From contig JAANOX010000087.1 in the NCBI GenBank assembly GCA_020184695.1, positions 372,001 to 436,000 of the forward strand: a DNA stretch of 64,000 bases. The letters run 5' to 3'. The notes below the pieces were generated by a model that made no database searches, was not told the DNA's origin, and saw only the letters and a list, made by a program, of their open reading frames with translations. This document shows, one piece after another, positions 44,154 to 54,279 of this stretch. Position 1 is the first letter of the stretch. Each line of letters begins with the position of its first letter. This stretch comes from Histomonas meleagridis 2922-C6/04-290x. Lineage: Eukaryota > Protista > Parabasalia. The position numbers and the translations under genes are program-made.

Positions 44154-47150
44154 ATGCCAGCAAAAAAGATCAGAAGAAAATTAAAGAGTTCCAAAACTAA
44201 AACAAAAACAATTGAACTCCCAAAAGAAGAAGAATGTAATGTGGAACCAGAAAACTTTGAAAATTATCAATTAGGTGATAAGCTTGGGAAAGGTGCATTT
44301 GGTAGTGTATACCAGGGACTTGATGTAAACACAGGAGGCCTTGTTGCAATTAAAACCATTGCTCTTCAAAAAGCAAAAGGCAATCTTACTGGCATTCAAA
44401 ATGAAATTGAACTAATGTCTGGTTTAAATAATGAACATATTGTTAAGTATATTGGTTCACATAAAACAAAATATTATTTATATATTATTATGGAATTTGC
44501 TGAAGGAGGATCTCTCCAACATATGCAAAAAAAATTTACTAATTTTGGTGAGCATTTAGCAGCAACATACATATACCAAGTTTTACTGGGCCTAAAATAT
44601 TTACATTCTCAATCAATTATTCATCGCGACATAAAGGCAGCAAATATATTAATTAGCAATAACATAGCAAAACTATCAGATTTTGGAATTTCTGTTAATA
44701 TAAATGATTCCGCTCATCAAGCAGACATGAGCACACAATTATCAGCATATTGGTCAGCCCCTGAAGTTATTAATATGGAACCAATCACCGAAAAGAGTGA
44801 CATTTGGTCTCTTGGGATCACGGCCATTGAAATGTTTTCAGGTGAGCCACCATATTTTAATCTTGCTCCTATTCCTGCCATGTTTAAAATTGTTCAAAAT
44901 CAAGAAACACCTCTTCCAGATGGTATTTCGAGTGACTTTAAAGAATTTCTTCTTGGATGTCTTACGCGTGATGTAACCTTTCGGAAGACTATTGATGAAT
45001 TAATTAATTCACGATGGATTCAACGAAATTTAAGAAATGAGTACGGCAATGTAAACATTTCAAAAAGTTTATCGGCTCACATTGATGATTTTATTGAGAA
45101 ATCATCTGATGATTTATTTGATAATTCCGATAAAGCGAAAAATGATAGTGATGCATTACTTGCATTTGCAGATGATGATGATGGTTTTGATATTGATAGT
45201 AGTGATGAAGCATCATTAATACCAATGGTTAAATCACAAACATTTAATAACAAAGTTGATTTTCTTAGTCTTGATGATAATGATGAATCCGATGATAAAA
45301 TTGATCAAAATAATGAAGTTCAAACACTTGATGACTTTGTAGAAGATGATAATGATTCGAGTGATGATGGATTTGATGTTTTCGATGATTCTGATTCAAA
45401 CAATTCGAAACCTTTAACTTCTTTAGTTCTAACACAACCAACTAAAACGAATCGAAAAGGAATACCTAAAAATCTTGATGATATTTTTGAAGATGATGAT
45501 GATCAATTTGATCAACAAACTAAAGTCATGAAGAATACAATCACAACATTAAATTCTATTCTTCAAATGATTGATAATCCTGATATGGAATCACAAGTTA
45601 AAGCATCATGTGATAATTTAATTAATACTTTCAAGAAAGAGAAATTTGTTAAAGAACAATTATCGGTATATCATGGAGTTATACCAATTGTTGAAATTGT
45701 TCAAACACATAACCAAAAATTACTTGAGATTGCATTACCAATGATAATATATGCATCGAAAGGGAATATGGAAATGTTAATATCTATGTGTATCATCGGT
45801 ATATTACCATATTTATTTGAATATGTAGTCGAACCTGAATATTCCGAAAACATACAAATAAAATCATTAAAAATATTACGAAATATTTGCGCAGTTAAAA
45901 TGAAACCACTTCAAATGTTTATAGCTGCAGGAGGACTTACGAAGTTATCACAAATTCTTGAGTTACATCCATATTTGAAATATCCTAAATTCACAATTTT
46001 TGTTGTGGATATTATCGATAGTGTATTTACATTTAAATGTGATACACCTAAATCATGTTTTGCTCGAATAATGGCTCAATCGAATTTAATTGATCATTTA
46101 GTTGATCGATATGTAGAAACGGACGATCAAATTCTTCTCGAAAAGTTGTGCAAGATATTCGAAACTTTTTCAAACGCCGATACACTCGTTAAATTAAAAA
46201 TGGCGACTCCAGAATTCATTGATAAAATCTTTAAACGTGCGCGATTTAAATGGACTAAGAATAAAGCTGCGTCAGCTATAGGTCTTTCTGATTGGAATTT
46301 ATTCTTTATCATGCAAATGATCAATAACTTAACATTAAATCCTGATGTCGTTTCTAAACTTTGGGAAACAGAATTAGCCAAAATGTTATCAGAATATTTG
46401 AAAATCGACAAAAACAATTATGATCAATTTACTATGAATCCCACATTAAATATATGTTTTTCTGCATTATTTAATTTATCACGTTCATTAAGTACAAATA
46501 AATTTGCATCCATTGCGCCATTAATACCATTTTTAACATATATAATACGTACCAATCATAAATTAAAATCATTAGCAATCCCTCTATTTTTAGAATTTGT
46601 AAATTTACATTCTAATAATAAAAATGTTCGAATTCGACTTGAACAAAATAATGGCTTAGACACATTATTCCATTTATATAAAGTGCAATTACATAAAGAT
46701 CAAATAATATTTTCATTTTCTCAATGGGCGAAAAATAATAATCAAATCATTTATGAATATTTACATAATCATATGAAAGAATTTATGGATATTTTAATAA
46801 ACACAATCGAAAATGAAACTCCTGATCAAAAGACACTTGTTGTTACTCGAGCAACAGAATTATGTGACATTATAAAACCTTTAGAATTAGAGATGTCACA
46901 AGACGCGCGATTTTTAGACACAATAATAAATCAAATGAAATCAGACAAATTAAAAGATGCACCTGAAGCACGTGCAGCGTTTTCGAATTTGATTCTTCAG
47001 TTCTTTCAAATCGGTAATGATAATGAAATTAGGAAAAATGCTATACAAGTCGCACAACTTTTATCAGAAGATGCTTCTTCTTCTGTTAGAAGTATTGGTA
47101 ATGTTATATACGAATCGATTAATTCAAACGAGAAAGATATTGATATATAA
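44154..47150 (+). CDS. STE-family kinase, Cdc15/Cdc7(S. pombe)/MAP3K-epsilon-like, with C-terminal ARM repeats
   Basis: GKGAFG, VAIK, HRDIKAAN, DFG, APE, DIWSLG, then an acidic linker and an ARM-like region (HGVIPIVEI, GILPYL). Confidence 0.88.
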   Translation: MPAKKIRRKLKSSKTKTKTIELPKEEECNVEPENFENYQLGDKLGKGAFGSVYQGLDVNTGGLVAIKTIALQKAKGNLTGIQNEIELMSGLNNEHIVKYIGSHKTKYYLYIIMEFAEGGSLQHMQKKFTNFGEHLAATYIYQVLLGLKYLHSQSIIHRDIKAANILISNNIAKLSDFGISVNINDSAHQADMSTQLSAYWSAPEVINMEPITEKSDIWSLGITAIEMFSGEPPYFNLAPIPAMFKIVQNQETPLPDGISSDFKEFLLGCLTRDVTFRKTIDELINSRWIQRNLRNEYGNVNISKSLSAHIDDFIEKSSDDLFDNSDKAKNDSDALLAFADDDDGFDIDSSDEASLIPMVKSQTFNNKVDFLSLDDNDESDDKIDQNNEVQTLDDFVEDDNDSSDDGFDVFDDSDSNNSKPLTSLVLTQPTKTNRKGIPKNLDDIFEDDDDQFDQQTKVMKNTITTLNSILQMIDNPDMESQVKASCDNLINTFKKEKFVKEQLSVYHGVIPIVEIVQTHNQKLLEIALPMIIYASKGNMEMLISMCIIGILPYLFEYVVEPEYSENIQIKSLKILRNICAVKMKPLQMFIAAGGLTKLSQILELHPYLKYPKFTIFVVDIIDSVFTFKCDTPKSCFARIMAQSNLIDHLVDRYVETDDQILLEKLCKIFETFSNADTLVKLKMATPEFIDKIFKRARFKWTKNKAASAIGLSDWNLFFIMQMINNLTLNPDVVSKLWETELAKMLSEYLKIDKNNYDQFTMNPTLNICFSALFNLSRSLSTNKFASIAPLIPFLTYIIRTNHKLKSLAIPLFLEFVNLHSNNKNVRIRLEQNNGLDTLFHLYKVQLHKDQIIFSFSQWAKNNNQIIYEYLHNHMKEFMDILINTIENETPDQKTLVVTRATELCDIIKPLELEMSQDARFLDTIINQMKSDKLKDAPEARAAFSNLILQFFQIGNDNEIRKNAIQVAQLLSEDASSSVRSIGNVIYESINSNEKDIDI

Positions 47151-47154
47151 TTAA

Positions 47155-50100
47155 TTAATTATATATCTTCCGTAAATTTGGTACAGGTGCTTTCTTGTTA
47201 ATAAGAATTTCGATTTCGGATGATGACGATGACGTTGAAGTAGTTTCATCTTCACTACTTTCAAATGTTATCTTTCTAACCATGGTTAAATTGTTTCTTT
47301 TTAAAGGTATATTTGGTTGTTGTTTTTTGTCTGATTTTTTTGTGGTATTATTGTTTTCTGTGTTTCGTTTTAATGGTACTTTTGGTGTTTGTTTATTATT
47401 ATTATTGTTATTATTTTCGTCGTTATTTTGGATAATTTCATTTGTTTCGTTTTGATTAAGATTTAATGAATTTGATTTCTTTTTGATTTTAAAGATATAA
47501 ATTAATATTATAATAACGATAATTATAATTATTACAATATTTATAACTAATACTATAATCCATGAGTTAGAACTAGAATTAGATGTAAATGTTGGAATAT
47601 CAGTTAAATATATTTTTAAACATGAACGATATGAATAATCGGGTTCTATACATTCTGTTCTAAGTAAATTATTTATGTTATTATTTCCTGTATTATATGT
47701 AATTTTATTTATTAAAGTTGAACAATTAATATTAATTCCACATATTAAATTATATCTTTTATTGACATATTTAGTAAAATTATTAATTTTATTAACATAT
47801 ATTAAATTTAAACGATTTATATTTATATTATTTATATCAATATAAGGAAATGAATCAAATTCAAAATACATTGTAATATCCAAATTACTATTTTCTAAAT
47901 TATTTATTGTTAATGATGACCCTTCAGACATATTAATATTTGTAATTTGTGCTTTGTTTACATTAAATGAAACATTTGGATTAATTGTTAAATAATTTGC
48001 ATGAAATCCATTCGTTAAATATGTAAATGTTGAATTAGATATTATATTAACATTTGAATATGTAATATAACCATTATCTCCATAATTTATAGTTTGTGTT
48101 CCATATAATTCGATATTATCTGAAATTTGATAATTTGTAGAATTAACAAGAAATTGGAAATTAGTTCCATAACAAAGAATTGGGATATTTAATATAGGTA
48201 CATAATTAATTATACCTGAAACAATATCAAAATTAATTCTCATATTTCCATTTATATTAATATTGTCCCAAGTTCCATTAAAAATTAATTCAACTACTGA
48301 ATTAGGAATTGGTTCATGAACACTAAAATAATTGTTGACGTTATATGAATGAAAATCTATTGTAATTCCTTTAATAGTATTTTCTAAGCAATTTAAATAA
48401 AGTTGTGTTTGAGAATATGGATGTATAATAATATTATTAGAATTAAATCGATTTATATTATTAATTAAAATTTCTGTTGAAGTAAATGAAATAACATTTT
48501 CAGTATTACTTATAAATAAATCTAAATTTTGGAAATTTCCAGTATAATTCATTAATATAATTGTTGAATAATCTATTATAACATTATTAGAATTAATTAA
48601 AATTGATTTTGGTTGATTAACTAATACACAATCAGTCATTAGAAATGTTGTTGATTGAATTATTGAGCCACTTGTAAACATTACACGACATTTATTGATA
48701 CAAAAATAATTTAAATTATTTGCATTATTTGAAATGTCAATATAAATATTTGGAATTGAATCACTTCCATTAATTATAAGTATAGAATTTGTTGGAAAAC
48801 TTGCTAAACGTATAATTTGTGTATCTATACATGAATCATAAATTGATATTATAAATATATTAACATTATTATCAATAACATTTTCTAAATATGGTATATC
48901 TTCAATTGTTAATTTTATATGTGTTTGTGGACAATTTGTTTGTTGAGAAGATATACAAATTGCTTGAATAAAATCAGAAGAAAATGTATTGGTATTAATG
49001 CCAATACATTCCATAGAATTTATATAATTAAAACATTGTTTTACATATTTACTTGATTGTAAACCATTTTCTAATATATTCCATTCATTACAATTTATGT
49101 TGAAAATATTACAAAATAATGGAATTTTATTATTAATAAGCAAATTATATCCTAAAATATTTGGTGCGTTTCCTATTGTTGAATTAATATTTAATGTTTT
49201 TGTTCCAGAATTATAATTAAATATTCCAGTTATTGTTGATACAGTTAAATCTTCATTTAATATTAAATCAACATTAACATTAACATTTGAACTTAAAATT
49301 GAATTTTTGGTTGATATTGTATTAGAATCAATTGATTTAGATATAACTGATAATGGTGTAGAAAAATAATCAGTATTTGTGAGCTTTTCAATGATTAGGC
49401 CGATAGAATTTGGATATGTTAACTGAAAATTACCGTTTAAAACTCTTTCTAATGAATAAAAAGAAAAATTAATTGGTACTGCTAAATTGGTTTGTATTTG
49501 AATTGAATCATACATATTAATCGAACCTTGAATTGATGCATTGTTTAAATTTACATTTATAATATAATTATTATAAGCATCAATATTAATTGGAATATTA
49601 CTTCCTGAAATTTCAAAGTCAACACCAAGTGCAAAGTTACCAACAGATATTTTTCTACACCCTATTGGCCAATTAAATCCACTAAATACTATTCGTGGAC
49701 GAATGTTTGACCATGGGTTAATTTGTATCGGAATAAAATCATTTATCTGAATATTATTCATACAAGAAAGAATATATTCATTCCCAAAGATATTAATAGT
49801 AAATGAAGATCCTTCTTGTATGTTAAATGTGATGGAATATGTTTGTTTGAATGAAATGTTATAACTTCCAAAAATTATTTCTGAATTTTTCTGGATATAA
49901 GCTGAAACATCAGGAGGATTGTTGCCAGGTAAAAAAGTATAAGATTTATCATTTTGAAGATTTGAAGGATCAATTATTCCAAAATTTATACTTTCGACTT
50001 GTACCGTTCGAAAACGTTCAAAATTGTCAAGGGATAACTGAGCTGTTTTAGCACGCAGGTTATATGATTGATTTTGTGGAAAACTAATATCAGATAATGA

Positions 50101-50457
50101 ACACAAAAAAAAATCAAAACGTAAATATCCTAACCCAGAATCATCTTGAATAATAACGTTTGAATTTTGAAGAATAAAATTAATAAACATATGTGTGGAA
50201 TTTAAATGAATGTTAACATTGTATTTTGTTGTAATAGAATTTATTGAAAAATATTGGCAATTGTCATATGCATATACATCATTTGATAATTGTGTGAATA
50301 AATTTAGCTGAACATTAGTTTGATTTTGATATATTTCAGAATTAAATGTTGAAGAAGTTACATTGATCGCATTTGAACATTCACTTGTTAGACTGGATTC
50401 ACTTTCATAAATACAATATGTCTCTGCCTTTATAAGACAGATGAAATAAAATAACAT
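47155..50457 (-). CDS. Large type-I membrane/surface protein (Asn/Ile-rich)
   Basis: 1100 aa with a hydrophobic N-terminus, a single C-terminal TM helix (WIIVLVINIVIIIIIVIIILIYIF) and a charged cytoplasmic tail. Confidence 0.8.
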   Translation of the reverse strand: MLFYFICLIKAETYCIYESESSLTSECSNAINVTSSTFNSEIYQNQTNVQLNLFTQLSNDVYAYDNCQYFSINSITTKYNVNIHLNSTHMFINFILQNSNVIIQDDSGLGYLRFDFFLCSLSDISFPQNQSYNLRAKTAQLSLDNFERFRTVQVESINFGIIDPSNLQNDKSYTFLPGNNPPDVSAYIQKNSEIIFGSYNISFKQTYSITFNIQEGSSFTINIFGNEYILSCMNNIQINDFIPIQINPWSNIRPRIVFSGFNWPIGCRKISVGNFALGVDFEISGSNIPINIDAYNNYIINVNLNNASIQGSINMYDSIQIQTNLAVPINFSFYSLERVLNGNFQLTYPNSIGLIIEKLTNTDYFSTPLSVISKSIDSNTISTKNSILSSNVNVNVDLILNEDLTVSTITGIFNYNSGTKTLNINSTIGNAPNILGYNLLINNKIPLFCNIFNINCNEWNILENGLQSSKYVKQCFNYINSMECIGINTNTFSSDFIQAICISSQQTNCPQTHIKLTIEDIPYLENVIDNNVNIFIISIYDSCIDTQIIRLASFPTNSILIINGSDSIPNIYIDISNNANNLNYFCINKCRVMFTSGSIIQSTTFLMTDCVLVNQPKSILINSNNVIIDYSTIILMNYTGNFQNLDLFISNTENVISFTSTEILINNINRFNSNNIIIHPYSQTQLYLNCLENTIKGITIDFHSYNVNNYFSVHEPIPNSVVELIFNGTWDNININGNMRINFDIVSGIINYVPILNIPILCYGTNFQFLVNSTNYQISDNIELYGTQTINYGDNGYITYSNVNIISNSTFTYLTNGFHANYLTINPNVSFNVNKAQITNINMSEGSSLTINNLENSNLDITMYFEFDSFPYIDINNININRLNLIYVNKINNFTKYVNKRYNLICGININCSTLINKITYNTGNNNINNLLRTECIEPDYSYRSCLKIYLTDIPTFTSNSSSNSWIIVLVINIVIIIIIVIIILIYIFKIKKKSNSLNLNQNETNEIIQNNDENNNNNNNKQTPKVPLKRNTENNNTTKKSDKKQQPNIPLKRNNLTMVRKITFESSEDETTSTSSSSSEIEILINKKAPVPNLRKIYN

Positions 50458-51437
50458 TTTCTTTATTTTTAAACGTAATCATCACCTTTCTAAATATTTA
50501 AACGTTTTTGTATATCATTCAAATAATTCAGTAACTGTATTGAAATTATTTTAACGTTGAACAATTTCAAAAACAAACGTCAAAAAAAACGGTCGTTTGG
50601 GAGCTGTATTCCTTAGGCTTGCATTCTCATCCTATAAAGTCGAACGAACATTATATCGCTTGATGGGCCTACAGCTTTATTAGGTTCTGTTGCAATACAT
50701 AATGTACAAATGCTAATAGAATATAAAAACGACAAATGAATTTACTTTCATATGATGACAAGACGGTTACTGAACACGTTGTAATTTCAGATGTAGAAAA
50801 AACTAATGAAAGTGCTTTTTATCAATGGACTTTAATATCAACTGCAGTTATTAGTTTTTGCATCGTCATCAGTTATAACAGATGCTTATCAAAATGACGC
50901 ATATTACTATTCATCAACTGTCCCCTAATTTCTTAAACAGCAGTACAAATTTGTCGAGAAGAAAAAGATCGCCGGAAATATTAAAGCTTCAAATTCTCAA
51001 GCGGGCGCAATGTCTATGCAATATCATGCACGATTATAACGATTGACAAAATAATAGAAAATTTTATACGTTGGATAGCAATGAAGAAGTAATATTTCTT
51101 TAATTACCTTAATTACCTTAATTACCTTGTTATGTAATAAAAACAAAGTTTGTTTTTAACTATTTTTAATTTTTAAATGATTGAACTAAAAATTAATTTT
51201 GTTATACATAAGCAACAAGCCATTTAAGAGATCTTTTTAATGATATTTCTATTTAGGACAGAGTTGGCCTAGCATTCTCTGATAATATTCAACGTAATGA
51301 TAATATAATGAATAAAGTGTTTTTAATTTGGGTACATTGGCTTAGAGTTAGTATTTGCAAAGATATTTCTGTTTCGATTTTGAATCAAGAAAACTGTCGA
51401 TAATAGGGAAGCAACTGACAGTTGTCAATAAAACAAA

Positions 51438-53622
51438 ATGATTACTGAACAACAGACAGATAAAAATTCTCAAAATGAATATGAAAAAATTATGTTTATC
51501 ATGAACATAATTTTTGGTCTGAACAAAGAAAATATTTGTCAAAAAGCAAAACAAATTTTTGAAGGATTTGATGATACTTATCCAATTTCTTTTAATACAC
51601 TTGTTTCACAAATAACTTATTTATTATTTGTTATAAAAATAATTGACATTGAGACATTTTTGGGTTTTATTAAAGAGATTGAAGCATTAGAAGAAAGAAA
51701 TAAATGCAAGTCATCAATATTTAATGCCCTTACATCTTTTCTAATCAAAAAAGATACACAAGAATCAAGATTTATTCTATATAACATGATTAAACATAAT
51801 TTCATTGAATCGAAAAATATCCCAAAAGCTCCATATTTTGCACAATACATGTCAGAAAAAGAGATTATATCATTGCGTAAAGATATATATTTAAGACAAC
51901 TCATAGAAAATTGTGAAGAACTTTCTCAGAATGATTGGGAACTTCATAAGCAATTAATTAAAGAAGGTGTTAATCCGAATGAAATTGCAAAAATAATTCG
52001 AAATGATGAAATCGAAAAACTTCAAGAAATATCATCACAAACAAATTTTGATTTTAATCAAACAATTGAACCATCACTTTATGAAAGACATTCATTTATT
52101 AACCATTGGAATGTTTCATTAATTGATTATGCAGCATTTTTTGGATCAGTTAAATGTTTTAAATATTTACTTATGAATGGTTCAAATGTAAATAACACAG
52201 GTAAATATGCAGTTGCAGGTGAAAATGAAGAAATCATTCATTTATGTGAACAAAATCATTCATCATTTGAAGGTGCATATGAAACAGCAATAGAATTTCA
52301 TCGAAATAATATCTTTAAATATTTTTATGAAAATAAAATTGTTGAAATTAGGAGTTTGGAAGAATTAGGAACAAAATGTATTTTATATGATAATTATAAA
52401 ATTTTTGCATTTTTAGAAAAAAAAGGAATGAAAATTAATGAATCGATTATAAATGAATCAGCAAAAACTGGAAATTTATATCTCGTCAAATATTTTCTGA
52501 AAGAAAATGAAATCCCAAAAAATATTTTAAAATGTTCGATTGAATCATGGAATGTTGAACTTGTTAAATATATATTAAATCAAAAAGAAATTGATATTAA
52601 TAGTAAAGATATTTATTTATTTAATTTAATTTTTATTTAATAAAATTAATATTTTAAAATAATATTTGAAAATTATTTAAACATTTTAAAACAGCACTTA
52701 TTTTAGCATCTGAAAATGGTCATATTGAAATCGTTAAATTACTTCTTGAACAAGAAGGAATAGATATTAATGCTAAAGATATTTATTTATTTTATTTAAA
52801 ATTTATTTTAATAATTTTATATTTCAAAATAATATTTGGAAATTATTTAAATTATTTAGAACAGCACTTATTTGTGCATCTGAATATGGTCGTACAGAAA
52901 TCTTTAAATTACTTCTTGAGCAAAAAGGAATTGATATTAATGCTAAAAATATTTATTTGTTTTATTTAAAATTTATTTTAATAATTTTATATTTCAAAGT
53001 AATATTTGAAAATTATTTAAGTTATTTAAAACAGCACTTGTATATGCATCTGAAAATGGTCGTACAGAAATAGTTAAATTACTTCTTGAACAAAAAGGAA
53101 TTGATATCAATGATAAAGAAATTTATTTGTTTTATTTGATATTTCAAAATAATATATGAAAATTATTTAAACTATTTAAAACAGCACTTATGTATGCATC
53201 TGCAAATGGTTGTACAGAAATAGTTAAATTACTTATTGAACAAAAAAGAATTGATATTAATATCAAAAATATTTATTTGTTTTAATTAAAATTTATTTTA
53301 ATTATTTGCTATTTCAAAATAATATTTGGAAATTATTCAAATTATTTAATACAGCACTTATGTGTGCAGCTGTAGGAGGTCATATAAAAATAGTTAAATT
53401 ACTTCTTGAACAAAAAGGAATTGATATTAATGCTAAAAATATTTATATGTTTTAATTAAAATTTATTTTAATTATTTGCTATTTCAAAATAATATTTGGA
53501 AATTATTTAAATTATTTCAAACAGCGTTTATGTTAGCATCTTTAAGAGGTCATACAATGATAGTTAAATTACTTCTTGAACAAGAAGGAATTGATATTAA
53601 TGCTAAAGATATTTTTCAGTAA
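51438..53622 (+). CDS. DUF3447 + ankyrin-repeat protein, locus D (ankyrin array interrupted by 6 spacers)
   Basis: Intact 400 aa ORF, then 90-nt ankyrin modules starting at 52691, 52861, 53031, 53181, 53351 and 53521, ending ...NAKDIFQ-TAA at 53620-53622. Confidence 0.86.
52611..53520 (+). repeat. Locus D interrupted ankyrin array: spacers 52611-52690, 52781-52860, 52951-53030 (80 each), 53121-53180 (60), 53271-53350, 53441-53520 (80 each)
   Basis: Period is 170 nt (150 once). Spacer consensus ATTTATTT...TATTTCAAAATAATATTTGGAAATTATTTAAATTATTTNNN. Confidence 0.92.
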
Positions 53623-54279
53623 TTGATCAATTCATGATTAAGCATTCAGTAGTTAGAATCAAAAAAAAAAGGAATATCTAAATATTTTAAAAATTATCAT
53701 AAAATAAAAATTTTGAGCATATTTTAAAAGTACTTTTACCGATATCGAATCATTGGGTTATACCAGAAATGATGTAATGTTATTGATTTTATTCAACCCA
53801 ATATTATTAATAATTTACAAAAGTTACATGAAAAAGAAACAAATTTTCCAACTTTCGATATTTTTCTTTTTTACTCTTAACTTTTTTATAATTTTAAATC
53901 TATTTCTCAATGAGTTTATTTGAAAATATATTACACAAAAAAACATATATATTATATCTTATTGTTTGCTTTGCAACTCAAACAACGCGAAGCGTATTCT
54001 TGTTAATTAAATATGATCCAATTAAAAATATAATTAATGTTTATGTAATAAATAATTTTGTCATATAAATATTCAAATGGAAATGAATTAGTAAAAATAT
54101 TTAAATTAATAAATGAATTTGATTTAGTAAATGTATGTGTTTGCCATGAGTATTGTGAACACTCATCAATTGGATACATTAATCTTCCTAAATGTTACTG
54201 AAATACTATTAAATGCATACGAAATTAGACATTTAATATGGACAAATAACAAATATCAAAAATATAAATTTGAGTTCGT

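Noticed and set aside
50650-51050. Possible BspA-like remnant (VVISDVEKTNESAFYQ)
   Set aside because: There is one degenerate repeat-like phrase only.
52609-52694. U12-like AT-AC or AT-AG splicing of the spacers (G|ATATTT...AC|A or ...ACAG|)
   Set aside because: AT-AC gives an out-of-frame product. AT-AG is in frame but deletes D and T of the ankyrin consensus and fails where the module starts ACT-CCC, ACT-GCA or AAT-GCT, or where the 5' side is ACT or GAA.
12940-53622. Stop-codon reassignment or read-through as the explanation for the interrupted arrays
   Set aside because: Most spacers are not multiples of 3, and TAA and TGA terminate ordinary genes throughout the window.
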